64,000 nt of DNA from assembly GCA_951406725.2 (NCBI GenBank), contig OX597818.1, positions 84,196,001 to 84,260,000 on the forward strand. Direction: 5' to 3'. Positions within the stretch are counted from its first letter, which is position 1. Each line of letters starts with the position of its first letter. The DNA is from Octopus vulgaris. Its lineage: Eukaryota. The position numbers were made by a program, and so were the translations under genes. This document shows, piece by piece, positions 38,526 through 53,520 of the stretch. The notes beneath the pieces are model-generated. The model had not been told where the DNA came from and did no database searches. It saw only the letters and a program-made list of their open reading frames with translations.

Positions 38526-39779
38526 ATACTGGTTTCTTAATTGAACTCAGTACAAAGGAAGATATTCATATAGTGTTTATAGAATACAATACAGAAAATA
38601 AGTACGCTCCATTTATATTAATATTATGTAAGCACTGTAGAGTTGGTCTAAATGCTATTGTTCCAGCTATTATTCAGACCTAGGTCAACCTTGTCTACCT
38701 GACCTATGATCCAAAAGTGTCCAGCCATGATTATACCATCATTTATCCACTCGTTATATTAGATGGCTGACTGGTTGAGTGGTTAGATTGTTCAACAGTG
38801 TTTTATTTCTTTTTCTTTACTATAATGGTTCTGGCCTCTGCACTGGGTTCAAATTCCACAGCGATCAACTTTCCCTTTCAACATTTGGAGTCAGTTAAAT
38901 AAAGTCCAAGTTCAGTACTGAAGTTGATTCTTCCTTCTCTCCCACTCTTCTGTTTTATTTTTTTCTCTCTCCCTCTTCTCTCTCTCCTTCTTCTCTCTCT
39001 TCCTCTTCCCTCTTTTCTCTCTCTCTCTCTCTCTTCCTCCTCTCATTGTTTGTCTGTCTGTCACTCCTTCACTCTTCCTCTATCTCTCTCTCGCCCTCTC
39101 CGAAAGAAATCGGTTGTTTTTAGATCTTTAGATCTGGAGAAGTTGAGAAACTAATAAAACGGCAAAAAAAAAAAACAGCCACTTACAGCAAATTTAAAAC
39201 AATTATTATCCAATATTTCCTTCCATTTTAACAAATTAGGTGTAATATAGGAAGGATTTTGTAGCTATTTCTTTTAGGCTAACCGAAAATTATTTTCATC
39301 ATTTTCGAAGATTGACTTTCTTAATTTAAATCCATTCGTAGTCACCATCACTTTTATCCGACGATAACCAATATTTTGGATACCAAAATTATCCTGCGTG
39401 TTTATCATATTGGCACGACTCTAAAACTGTAGAAGGCAATATATAAACTGATCCAGTACTTCTGTAGAATTTATTACTTTTATCCAGAACAGAAGCACAT
39501 CGGTTTGCACTCCGGATTTTATTGTTTAGTTAGGATGTGTCTAAACTATCACAAATTCTTCATTGTAGTTGTTATACTGAGTCATCCATCAATACCCACT
39601 AAGCTAAGGGAAAAGTCTTTTATCGTCTGTGTCCTTCCGTTACTTGTGTTTTAATGTACAACAAACATACATTTTTTTGTATATTATAACACTGTGTAAC
39701 ACACTTGTTGTCCTTGGATAACAACTGTTATTTCTTGCTTGCTTATTTCTACAAAGTATTAAAAATGGCTAATTTTCCC

Positions 39780-39985
39780 TTCAAACTTTGCTCTTATGAT
39801 ATTTATTCAATTCCCAAAGAATCCCTCTCAACACATGGCTATGATGCCCCACCCTCGTCACTCTACTCCTGCTCATTATCAGAGATACACTCATGATCAG
39901 AGGTGCACTCGCTAAGGGACATTCTCAAGTGGTTAAGGTCAAGCAACTGACAAGCAAATCTGTGGTATTGAACAGAATATTTACT
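39780..39985 (-). mobile_element. Fragment of the element at 45681
   Basis: aactgacaagcaaatctgtggtattgaacagaatattt is the reverse complement of about 45692-45730. Confidence 0.75.
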
Positions 39986-40409
39986 TTTACGATGTTTCTG
40001 AAATTCAGCAACTTAGCACTAAATCTGTCCCGAGTGTAATGGAAAATAGGTCACTTTTCAAACATTGATGCCTGGTCACAAAAGCAAAGTTCCAAGGGAA
40101 TATAAGTCATTTCCTTTGATTTCTAGATTGAAGCAAATAGAAAACGACAATTACTGACCAAAGACAAAAAAAAAATTAAATTTTGTTACACTGTGTAATT
40201 TGTACCTATTTCTAGTATATATATTTGTAGATAACTCAACTGCGATGTATAGATATGTAAAAATGCATCGATTAGTTTCTAGGTACAGACTGCGTGTATA
40301 CAGCACAAGTAAAATTCCACAGTAATACTTTGTTCAACGAGTGATTAAGAAATTATATAGTGTGTTATTTCTTATATGTTTTGTGATGAGTTATTTTGAT
40401 TTCAAATTT

Positions 40410-40596
40410 TGGCACAAGGCCAGTGGGTTCGGGGGAGGTTAAGTCGATTACATCGACCTCAGCATTCAACAGGTAGTTATTTTATCGACCCGAAAGAATG
40501 AAAATCAAGATCGACCTCGGTGGAATTTAAACTCACAACGAGATGCCGCTATGCATTTTATCCGGTGTGGTACCAATTCTGCTATCTTGCCGCCTT
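40410..40596 (-). mobile_element. SINE family B
   Basis: aagtcgattacatcgacc...tcgacctcggtggaatttaaactc...gccgcctt. Confidence 0.78.
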
Positions 40597-40995
40597 ATGT
40601 TTTGGTCTAACATCAGCATATATTTTTAATTTATATATTTCTGTGCATTGGACTGTGTCAGATGTACAAAATATAGTAAGTACACAATAGAAATGGCTGC
40701 ACAGGGATGTTAATTTACTTTGTAAGAGGCTACATTTCACTCTACCATTTCTCCGAGACTCTCATTTGACAAACAACATGCACAAGTCCATGTGTTGATA
40801 ATGTTCCTGGGTATCTCTTCATTTGCTACTTTCAGTTCAACCATAAGCATATTAACCTTGTACATGTTTTCTTAGCGCAACTTGGCAAAAGAACTTGCTC
40901 ATCTCTTTCACCTATGCGTAAAATCATCGTCGGCTTTATCTAGTTTCCGAGAATTTAGTTTGCTTTATGGTGATCGCTTTGATGACTATGTTCAC

Positions 40996-41313
40996 CAGTC
41001 GTTCTCAGCCGGGATCCATATGGCTCCTGAGGGTTCACACGACAAAATAGTAAATTGAGGATCTACAATAGTACTTTAAAGGCTCCTGAAAATATTTTGC
41101 TTTAGATGTATGTATTGGTAGTTATTGCAAGAAACAGTTAGGTTTCTTTCGCTAACATTTTACCTAGTTTAACATACATAAAACGTGAATGTGAGAGAAA
41201 CAAAATAGGAATTTTCAAAGAAGTTTTTAAACATCGAATGGCGATGGGGGTCCACTAAAATAAAATAGTAATCAAAAGGATCCACAGAATTTTTTAAATG
41301 GTTGAAAAACCAT
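40996..41313. mobile_element. hAT-like MITE (same family as 16487)
   Basis: cagtcgttctcagccggg ... ggatccacag...aaatggttgaaaaacca. Confidence 0.6.
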
Positions 41314-41835
41314 GATGTAGACAATTTCTTGCATTGAAGAATCGATGTCGTTGATTGCATGGTAATGCCGGTGGATTACGAGGTTGGTGTTGTCGAGCTG
41401 TTCTCTCCGATCTATAACAGATACACAACAAGAAATCTGCAAAATGGTACTAGTGCACACTAATATCTTTTTGATATTTAATTCATCAATCCCCAAAACA
41501 ACAAAAATATAAAAGCAAGCACAATAGGGCGAGTATTGATAATCTAAACTTGAAGCTCAGAATCAGTTTCCCCGCAAAGGATAGTTAGATAAGCTGCACA
41601 TTTCTTTGAAAAGTATTATCCAAGGCTTATAAAAATTTATTCTGATGATTCTCAGACGTGTAAAATGTTCTGTTCATAATTTTGGCATATTTATCATACA
41701 TTTTTTTCATAATGCATCAATACACTCACACTAACTGTCGATATCATATAAGGTTAATTTATATCAAAAGGAGAAAAAAGCAGCAACTCATCCCCACTCA
41801 TTTTCTCTCTTACTCTTACTCTCTCTCTTTCTTTT

Positions 41836-41876
<41 letters not shown>

Positions 41877-41986
41877 CTCTCTCTATATATGTTCTAAATA
41901 ATCTCTAAATAATCCTTACACAGCTTTTATATATTATTTGCTTCTCTCTATTAAAACATGAACATTCATTTTCTTGAATACTCTCC

Positions 41987-42045
<59 letters not shown>

Positions 42046-42162
42046 ATAGAGAGAGAGAGAGAGAGAGAGAGAGATGTGAATATGTGTGTGGATGTGTGCA
42101 TGCGCCTGTCTATCTAGATATATATATATATATATGTATGTGCGTGTGCGCGCGTATGTATG

Positions 42163-42199
<37 letters not shown>

Positions 42200-42220
42200 G
42201 CGTGTGCGCGCGTATGTATG

Positions 42221-42264
<44 letters not shown>

Positions 42265-43133
42265 TATATGTATATATATAAGGATGTGTATATATAAGAA
42301 TAGGTTTATATGCATAGATATATGTGTATGTATATGGATATATTTTTATATGTGTATATATCTAAATCCATATACATACATATATATAAAAACATATATA
42401 CATGCACACACATACACACACGCACACACACATACACACTCATGCACACACTCACGCATATATATGTACATATTTTGACATGATTTTTCAAAATGCTCGT
42501 ACTACCCCCCTAATCCCTCTCTCATTCACATTCATCTTTCTCTGTCTCTCGCTTCTCTACCTACTCTCCCTCTCAGTTTTATAACTACAATAATGTTCTT
42601 CCAGTTTCTCCCTCTTGCATCCACCCTCATTTTCCTAATAAATATATACTCTCTAGAGGTAAATCTTTTCTAACATTTACAATAATTTATGACACAATTA
42701 TAGGTGCATTTCTTTTAAGCTCTTCTACCTTCCATCCCTTGTTACATTCTTGTTTCTCCATTTATTTTCTTTTTATTTCCCTACATCTCCACTCTGCCGT
42801 TCTTTTCTCTCTGTACACCCATTTTGTTTTTCTTTTCCCTTGCCGTCTCATTATACTTTTTATTCTCTCTTTTACGTAATAATACCTTGTTCAGCCGTCA
42901 GATTTATATTCGTATTTAAATTTAGAATCTTATTATATATAAGCTTCCCTTTAACTAAATTTTTAGAACTGTTCTTCTTTTTTTCAAGCTGTAAATTAAA
43001 AATAAATACGTCACTTGTTTTGCATAAGCGGCAATGCAAAACCTGGGGTAAACAACCTTAAATATCTGAGTCGTTTTACTTTTATTGTGAACATTAAATT
43101 CTATGTTATATATTTGAGCAATTTTACTTATTT

Positions 43134-43168
<35 letters not shown>

Positions 43169-43526
43169 AACACGCACACACACACGCACACACAAAAAAA
43201 TACACACGCACAAGCATGCGTGTTTATATGCATATATTTATGTATGTACGTATATAGATAGATAGAAAGAAAGAGCGATAAGTTTGCATGTACACGGTCA
43301 CACACATATATATCGAATGAATACATTAAGTATTGTTTCTACATTATATATATATATGATTATTGTATATCATGTATTCATTACATAGCTACAGTACATA
43401 TCTCCACTATGTGTATTATATATTATATATACATGATATATTAATATCATATGCACCTATTAAGTATATATATTATATGTTTGTGTGTGTGGGGGTGCCT
43501 GTGGGTATGTGTTTGTATAAATATTA

Positions 43527-43567
<41 letters not shown>

Positions 43568-43604
43568 TTACATACTTATATTCACATACATATATATGCA
43601 TATA

Positions 43605-43886
43605 TGGTACAGGACGTCACAAAACGTAAACATGAAATACGAAGACAAATTCTTGTATGCGAACAACGAGGAAAACAAATCGAAAACAAGACGAGTAACA
43701 TAAAGAATGACCCTTCATCAGTTGTCGGCTCTTTATTTACTCCAGATTTCGAGCAACAGCCGACAACTGATGAAAGGTCGTTCTTTAGGTTACTTGTCTC
43801 GTTTTCCACTTGTTTGCCTCGTTGTTCGCATAGAAAAGCTCGTCTTTGTATTTCATGTTGTTTACGTTTTGTGACGTCCTGTACCA
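43605..43886. mobile_element. 282-bp foldback element (about 126-bp arms, 27-bp spacer) in (TA)n
   Basis: tggtacaggacgtcacaaaacgtaaac...tcatcagttgtcggct / agccgacaactgatga...gttttgtgacgtcctgtacca. ORFs on both strands give the same peptide. Confidence 0.9.
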
Positions 43887-44084
43887 ATATACACATATAT
43901 ATATATATACATATATATACGCATATATATATATATATATATATATATGATTATGTACATATATGTATGCATATATGCATATATGCATATAGGCATATAT
44001 GCACATATGCATATAGGCATATATGCATATTTCTTGTATATATTATTATATGATTGAACGCCACGTGTCCATTTCCAGGTAAAT

Positions 44085-44124
<40 letters not shown>

Positions 44125-45526
44125 ATATATATAAAGTCCTGTCCAAAACATGGAGCAGTATGACGTCACTCTCATTGGAAACTCACGCAAAAAACATCAT
44201 ACTTGTGAGAACTTGGTTTTCGTGATGTCCATGACACGTCTTACAGTCTTCGCAGTGTCCACAGAGCGTTGAACAGCAGTCAATTTGTCGGCCTTTTGAT
44301 ACAAAGAAGTATTTTCCTATATTCAGATGGCTTTCACTCTTTCGTGTCAGGTATCTGGTTCTCAACAACAAATTACATCTTTATGTTCTCCAACGCCGTT
44401 GATTGTTCACTAATACATCAAGCTGATCCTGGAAAAAGGTGACATAAAAATCGTTAATTATAGCTTCTAAATTAAGTAATCACGAATTCATAATAATGAA
44501 AGTAGATTATCCTTCAGTAGCTAGACTCGGTCTTACGTTTGTTGTGATCCCAAGTATTCAGGCCAGAAATTAACCCAGTTTCCGTAGCGATTACTACACT
44601 CACACACACACACACACATATATATATATACACAAGCACATACACACAGAGACACACACATACACATACAGGCACACATACATAGACACAAATACACACA
44701 TACACACATATTAACGCGCACATACACGTCCATACATATACACGCACGCTCACATACACAAACATACTCACAGACTCACATATACACATGCAGATACGCA
44801 CACACAAACACTCACACACATACACACACGCTCACATGTATTCACATACACGCACAAACGCAGACGCGTTGCTTTGTCGGTAGATCAACTTCCCAGCTGT
44901 CGCTGAAACTCATTTTTTGAGTGAACAAGGAAACCAGGAAACCAACGCACCACTCGGTACGATGAACAAAACTGCGACCTTACGATCATGACTGCAACAT
45001 CCTAGCCACTTTTACTCAATGATTTGAAAACAGTAACAAAAATTAATCAATCGATAAAAATAACGAAACTTTGGCTAATTTGGTTCTATTTTCAATCGTG
45101 TAAGTATAGGATTTTCATCAGTGTCCACTATTAACAAAAGACGAAATCTCTCTAATACGTTGACGAAAAATGAAAGTTCTTTAATCATACCTACACCTCA
45201 ACATTGCCGAAGTCACTGTACATTCTGTTTCACTACATTCATGTTTCAAACAAGCATGAATAATACAAAAATTTCAGCAATAAGTTCCCGTCTGTTTCTT
45301 TTTCCGTTTTACTTTAAAATAGTTCCATTTTTGTTATTTATTATTTATTTTGTTCTTAAACTTCCCCACATACCAAGTGCAACAGTAATATTTAATTTGA
45401 TCTTCGGTGCATCATGAAGTCAAAAAAATTCAGAATCACTTATCTAAAAGCACTTTACTAGATAATGCAATGACTTTAATCTAACGTTCCGCCATATTTG
45501 CCAGCCGATTCACACTACTACCACTG

Positions 45527-46141
<615 letters not shown>

Positions 46142-46157
46142 TAATATAATAATAATA

Positions 46158-46409
46158 GTGGTCGATGAAAAAGGTGACATTAGTACCAATAATTGTCGGA
46201 ACCCTGGGAACAGTGAGTAAACATCTTGAGAAGTACATGGAACAAATAGGGGCTACAATAAGGGTGAAGCACTTGCAGAAAACAGCACTGCTTGGAACCG
46301 CCCGAATACTCTGGAAGGTGCTCGAAAAATAAGTGGTGTTACCTTAGTTCACTGGAACTGAACATCTGACACCGTAGTACATTTCCAGCGTTAGAAGCTG
46401 TGCAAAGGC

Positions 46410-46410
<1 letters not shown>
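46158..46410 (+). mobile_element. R4/Dong-type non-LTR retrotransposon 3' end in (TAA)n
   Basis: KVTLVPIIVGTLGTVSKHLEKYMEQIGATIRVKHLQKTALLGTARILWKVLEK* (stop 46330-46332), a short 3'UTR, then (TAA)n. Confidence 0.82.
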
Positions 46411-46477
<67 letters not shown>

Positions 46478-46496
46478 TAATAATAATAATAATTCT

Positions 46497-46736
46497 ATTA
46501 TAGGCCCAAGGCGTGAAATTTGGAGGATGGGGATAGTCGATTAAATCGACCCCAGTACGCAACTGCTACTTAATTTATCGACCCCGAAAGGATGAAAGGC
46601 AAAGCCGACCTTGGTGGAATTTGAAATCAGAACGTAAGGACGGACGAGATGTTACTAAGCATTTTGTCCGGTGTGTTAACTATTCTGCCAGCTCGTCGCC
46701 TTAATAATGAATAACAACAACAACAACAACAACAAC

Positions 46737-46793
<57 letters not shown>

Positions 46794-47300
46794 TTCATTG
46801 GCCACAATGATCACACACCAATATAAAGGACCGTTGCCGGGGTTACAAATAGTGCATGTAAACACTAAAAAATCAATAGCAATTAACAAAATTGGCACAA
46901 GGCCCCAATTTCGGGGGAAGAAGTAATTCGATTACATCGAACCCAGTGATCGACCGCGAAAGGATGAAAGGCAAATCTGGCCTCGGCGGAATTTGAACCT
47001 AGGACGTAAAGACAGACGAAATGCCATTAAGCATTTTGTCCGACGTGTTAACGATTCTGCTAGCGATTCTGCCTTTCTAACAACATCAACATCATCATCA
47101 TCATCAACAATAACAATAATAATCTTCCCCTTTCCACGATAAACATACAGCATGAAATTTCGGGTGAAGAGCCTAGTCACATTCATTGACCCCAGTACTT
47201 GAGTGGTACTTCTTTTGTTGACTCCCAAAAGGATGAAAGGCAAAGTCGACCTCAGCGGCTTTTGAATTCAAAAGAACGAAATTACTTTAAGCATTTCAAG
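46497..47300 (-). mobile_element. Cluster of three SINE family B copies
   Basis: aaggatgaaaggcaaa..gacct.gg.ggaatttgaa recurs at about 46590, 46960 and 47230. Confidence 0.8.
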
Positions 47301-47670
47301 TTCTGCCAACTCAATTGTTTGTATCAAAGGGATAATGCATCTAATGCTAAGAGATCGTAGAATCGTTTAACAGCACCCTTAGTTTATCGTTGTACACGAG
47401 AATTGTCTGCAAGGACGCTGGAACTGCCAGATCGCGTGATTTCAACATACTGCACTTCTGTGGTAGGTCCCCTGGCGACCGCATCACAGTGAAATCTCCC
47501 TTTCAACGATATGCAGAACAGCAGAATAATATAAACACACAAGAAAGTTTATATAAAAAAAATAAGAGACTGGACATAAATTCATAGATTATGGACTTCC
47601 GGCTGTTTTAAATTACATATCTTTAAATGCTCGTAAATTCTTTATTAATTAGCAATTTCTTGAAACAATC

Positions 47671-47865
47671 GGCGAGCTGGCAGAAACGTTAGCATCCCGA
47701 ATGAAATTCTTAGCAATATTTCGTCTATCTTCAGGTTCTGAGTTCAAATTCCGTCGAGATCGATTTTAAATTGCCTCCTTTCAGATTCGATAAACAAAAG
47801 TACCTGCCAAGTACTAGGATCGATCTAATAAACTCCCCATCCCTTCAAAACCGCTGGCCCTGTGT
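47671..47865 (+). mobile_element. SINE family B
   Basis: ggcgagctggcagaaacgttagc...ttctgagttcaaattccg. Confidence 0.8.
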
Positions 47866-47974
47866 CAAAAAAATGAATGTGATTTTATTATCAGCATGCA
47901 AAACTACGACAAAACTACAAAATTATATATTGTGATGAAAAATTGAAATACTTCAAGTGGTTGGAAGAAATGCT

Positions 47975-48345
47975 GTTCGGTAAGAATCTTGTTTCCCAAC
48001 CATATGGTTCCGGGTTCAGTCCCACCGCGTGGCACTTTAGGCGAATGTCTTCTATTATAGCCTCGGATTGAGCAAATCCTTATGAGTGGATTTGGAAGAC
48101 AGAAAGTAAAAAAAATTCGTAGAATATATGTATAAATATAGCTAAGTGTGTGTTTCTTTGAGTCTGTATTTGTTTCCAATACCGCTTGACAACAGGTGTT
48201 GATCCGTAACCTAGCGGATCGGTAAAAGACACCGATAGAATAATATCAGTGTTTAAAAGAGTCCTGGTGCAGATTTGTTCGACTAAAACCCTTCAAGGCG
48301 GTGCTCCAGCATGGCTGAAGTCAATGGTTGAAACAAGCAATATAT
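47975..48345 (+). mobile_element. SINE family A
   Basis: cccaaccatatggttccgggttcagtcccac...ggcggtgctccagcatggc. Confidence 0.85.
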
Positions 48346-48867
48346 AAAGGACAGAAGATGATCTCTATTTATCAGTCGACATTGCAGTGAAAAGTATCTG
48401 CATGGGGTAAGCAGCGGAGAGACACTGTGAAGAATTCACAAGTGTTTCTAGTACGTTACTATCTTGGTTTCAAACTACTTCTGTGAGGGAATGTAGCTTG
48501 GAAATAAATGTGTTGTAGTAGTTATAATCTTTAGCTAGATTCACATTGCTGGAGACGATATATTCAGCTGATGTGTTGTTGTTGACCAGGCTGTAAGTTT
48601 CAAGAACTCGCAAAATATTGATATCAAAATATGAATGAGAAAGTCGGAAGTTTTTGTTGCAGAATAATGAGAAGAGGAGGAGGAGGAGGAGGAGGAGGAG
48701 GAGCAGCAGCAGCAGCAGCAGCAGGAAAGAGAATATGAGGAGGAGGAGGAGGAGGAGGAGGAAGAGGAAGGAGAAGGAGAAGAAAAAGAAGAAAGGAAGG
48801 AAGCAAGAATGAAGGTAGATGTAAGGGGATGTAAAGAGGAAGAAAAAAGAAAGTAGTAGTAGCAGCG

Positions 48868-48928
<61 letters not shown>

Positions 48929-49231
48929 CAGTAGTAGTAGTAGTAGTAGTAGTAGTACTTGTAGAGGATGAGGAAGTGGAGAAGGGCTGAAACTGAGTAA
49001 ATGTAAAAGAGTTTCCAAAGTTAAAATGTCAGCTTTCTAAGCAGCGTTTCACATGTAAAATTCAAAAGATAGGAGAGATGTCACATTTTGAAAATTCTCT
49101 CTCCTTTGATGACTAAGGTCCGATGAAGTGCAGAAGGTCAACGATTAACAGCCACAACAGCGAGGAATTTGCCGTGCGATCAAACACTAATATCATTTCG
49201 TAGCTGTTCTTAAATATAAAGCAAGTTCTCT

Positions 49232-49279
<48 letters not shown>

Positions 49280-51764
49280 TAACTCCTTTTCCCCTTTCTC
49301 GCACCAGCGCCTTCATTTACTTTCACTTTCCTCGCTCTTTCCCGCTCTTTTTCACTCTGTCTCTTTCTCTCTGTGTCATTCTCTCTATCTCTCTCTTTTG
49401 TTCGGTATGTATTTCTCTAGCTGTCTTTCTTTTCCTTTCTTTCTTTCTTTCAACATCGCTCTAATCCCCTACCCTTTTACCATTTTGCACTCTTCCTATC
49501 TGCTTAGAAATGTCACACTCTGTATCCGTATATGTAAGGCTGGGGTATGGTGTTGCGTGGCGTGGTGCGGTACGATGTAATGTGGTGTGAGGAAACATGT
49601 GTGCGTGCATTTCTGTGTGTGAATGTGAGAGATTACGTATGTGTATGATGAACACTGGCGTCATACAATATTCAACTTCTTACAGTTATTAATTACCTAT
49701 ATATAGATGTATATGCATGTGTGTATACACATATATGTATATATTTATGGAAGTATAGATATATGGTTGTATAGATATGTGTGTTTGTGTGTTTGTGTGT
49801 ACGTGTGTGTGTGTGTGTGTATTTAAACATGTGTGTGCGTGCATGTGTGTGACAAACGGAGAGAGTTATCAGCGATATGTGCCGATATCTATGTACAAAG
49901 GGAAAGAAAGGGATGCGGATATATATCGGTGAATACATCGACATATAAAGATGTATGTGTATGTAAGAGAGTATGTACGTGTGTGTGTATGTAATGTAAT
50001 GTATGTAATATATGTATGCATGAATGTATGTACGTCTGTATGTATGTACGTATGTATGTATATACGCAGGTATGCATGCATGTCCGTATGTATGAATATA
50101 CACACATTTCTTCACATATTTATACAGATTATAAGCAGAGATATAGGAACGCATATCTATACATATGTACACACATATAAAGGCATACATTTACATGCAT
50201 CAAGGCTTATATGTCAACCATGCAGTTAATTTCCTTGCGCTATCTTAAAGTCGACCCAACTCACTCTCACCGCCATACAACTATTCGCACCTGTAAAGGT
50301 ATGCTCACATCCACATGCACACATCGATATGTAAAGTCACAAACACAAACACACACACACACACACATACACACACATATACACATACATATATATATAT
50401 ATATTTTACATACATACATTCGCTCATACATAGATACATATGTGCACGCACTCATATATAAGTACATATACGCATGCATAAACTCATATATTCTTATATA
50501 TATACGCATACCTGTACGCCTACATGTACATCTATATACATACATGCTTACTTACATACACAGATACATAGGAACTTGCTCGCATACATACATGCATACA
50601 TACATACATGTTTATTCGTTCCTTATCCAATCTAATGATGCGCATCTCCACACAAACGAACGGTCAAATACAGTTTCTCTCTCACACACACATACACATA
50701 CGCACACATACGTACGCACAAACATGCATTCGCACGTTCGCGCACTCATACAGGCACCCACATTCACATTCGTCTATACACACTCTCTCTCTCTCTCTCT
50801 CCCTCTCACACACATATACACACACTCACTCACTCATCTACTCACCTACACACACACGCAAGCACACATGGGTTCGCATTTGTCAGTTAGCGTTCATAAC
50901 CTAGGCCGAACAAGCACGAAATTTGCTTTGTAATGTTAAGACACGTATTCGACCTCACTTCCATGTGTCTTGAGCAAGCGCCTCTTCCGAAGTCCTCGGG
51001 TCGAACCAAACCTTATGAATGAATCTGGATGTAGAGGAACTGTGGGATAACTATCCATTTGAGGAATTCCAGCCATGTTTCGTGGTTCAACAACTCCTTT
51101 AAAAGACATTATCAGGAGGAACCACGTCCGATTTCTGCCCCCATACTTCTACTGTTTCCGCCACTGTGCTCCCACCCCATTTGAAGGTGTTTTCAACTCT
51201 GATGTTGAATGCGTTTTTTCTCCTTAGTTATTTTGTTCCTTTCTTCTATACAATGTCAACGAATGTCAGAGGGCGAATGACCAGCCTGACAAATTTCCCA
51301 TTAAATATTCGCCGGTAGGCTCCAGCAGCCAGCCCCAACTAACTGTAACGTGACACAATCTAAGCTTCAACAGCCCGCGTCCACTAACTGCCATGAGGCG
51401 CAGTATACTGACCAATGGAAGGGAAGAGCGCATAGTTTTGGCCCATGCCCTCTCTAGACCTACCTTCCAGTCAGTTTCAGCTCCAGCAGCCCGAGCCGAG
51501 TAACTGTCTTGTAGTACAAGCCTTCGAAACATCGGAGAGGAAGGGCGCGCAATGAATGAGATGGTTGCCTCGGCCCACCTGTCAAACAGCAACGCTATGT
51601 AAGTGCCAACCAGCCTCACCTGGCGACGTCATTTCCCAGTCGGCACGTTATAGCTTTCGTGCCATTTCGTGTCTTCTCGTTTCTGCCAAATATATTATTG
51701 TACCTGTAATTACGAACGCCAGATTGACTACACTCTGATTACACCAAGGATGCGGCTACGTGGG

Positions 51765-51930
51765 TGCGCAGGCGTGGCTCCGTAGTTAAGAACCTTGATT
51801 CGCAGCCACGTGGTTTTGAGTTCAGTCCCACTGCTCAACAGCTTAGGCAAGTGTCTTCCTCTATAGCCCGAGGCCGAACAATGTCTTGAGTGTGAATTTG
51901 ATCGATGGAAATTGAGTAGAAGCCCAATGT
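51765..51930 (+). mobile_element. SINE family A head
   Basis: gcgcaggcgtggctccgtagttaagaacc...gagttcagtcccactg...ggcaagtgtcttc. Confidence 0.75.
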
Positions 51931-51965
51931 ATACATGCATATACACACAGACATTTTTGTATGCA

Positions 51966-52012
<47 letters not shown>

Positions 52013-52599
52013 ATATGGTGGGGTGTACGACTTTTGGGAAAAGGGGTATCTCAAAACACATAAAGCTATAATGAATAGTATATGTCAACAATGTGTGTAT
52101 GTATGTGTCTGTGTGAGTATGTATGCGAGTTTGTTTGTATGTATGTATCTATGTATAGGTGTATGTTCCACATTACCGCTACACAACCGGTGTTGGTTTG
52201 TTTCCGCTATTTTCTTCAATCTGGTGTCCCCAGTATGGTCGTAGTCCAATAACTGAAACAAGTGAAAAGACAAATGATATATGTCGAATGCTCATCGTCG
52301 TAAACGACGAAGGATCCTTTTCCTTTCATGTTTATATGGCTATATACCGTTGCTATCAACACCTCCACTATCATCAGGTCGTCAAGCCATGTTCAACCAG
52401 AGGTCATTTGCAGAAGAGTTGACATTTTCTTTCTACGCTCCCACCACAACTGTTAACTATCTTCTCCTCCTCCTCCCACCACCCTTTTTCCTTGCCCTTT
52501 CTCACCTACACTCCCAACTGGCTTCTATAGCACATTTCCTCCCACCACACCCACCTGTTTGCAGCAAGGCCGTTGCTACCACCTTCAATTCCCTCGTCA

Positions 52600-53520
52600 T
52601 CACATCATGAAATACCATTACAGCTGTTACTAACAACCATCATTACAACGACGACGACGACCACCACCACCACCACTACTATGACAACCGACATTATAAT
52701 TATCGATGTAGCCACCACCAACACAACCACCATCACTGCCATATCCATTACCCCCACCCACACAACAACATCACCACCACCACCACCACCACCACCACCA
52801 TTACTTCTATCATCACAAAGTAACCATCAATGTCTTCACTATTACCACTAGCGCTTGCACTACACCATACCACCACCATCACAAGCACCTCCACCATCAC
52901 CAGTACCTCCACCACCGCAGCACCAAAATCGCTGAAACTACCACCAACATTATTACCATCCTCCTGACTGTTACAAGTGCCATCTTCATCACCAACCCCT
53001 AACAGGTTACCGCTCGGTGGTCGCACGACTTGCAAGAAATAACAGTCAAATCTACCTGAAACTATGCCTCACCTTCTTATTAGATAATATTGTCTTGAGG
53101 GCCCTTCAGAAGGAAATATATAGGTGATGGCTACGGCTAGAAGCCCTTTGATCATACGCTTTCTAGATCAGGTCTGACCTGTGGCTAAACAATAACAACA
53201 AGAGCAACAACATGGAACAATTATTGTAGCTATCACAGCTGCTGTCACCAGGACCACCGCTACCAACTTCGCCATCATCACCTAAGACATTACATCCGCT
53301 ACCGCCACCACCGCAGTTACCATCCACGTCGCCTCCGATACCAGCACCACCATTCTATACACCACCATCGTCCCATCCACCACCGTTACCATCACCACCA
53401 CTGCTACAACGACCCATCACCATCACCACTACCACCACCACCACCACCACCGCCATCACCAGCGTAGCTATTGCATACTCTACCATCATTACCTCCTCCA
53501 CCGTTATCATGCCTCCACCG
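52600..53520. repeat. Degenerate (ACC/CAT)n low-complexity region
   Basis: Interrupted ACC/ATC triplet runs. Confidence 0.8.

Noticed and set aside
41641-41670. Isolated CTGATGA (also at 19374 and 5180)
   Set aside because: No correctly placed GAAA and stems; not a hammerhead.
48470-49018. 182-aa poly-Leu ORF
   Set aside because: Driven by TAG/GAG triplet repeats; the unique tail has no recognisable motif or clear splice signals.
50211-50933. 240-aa His/Thr-rich ORF
   Set aside because: Degenerate CA/TACA low-complexity sequence.
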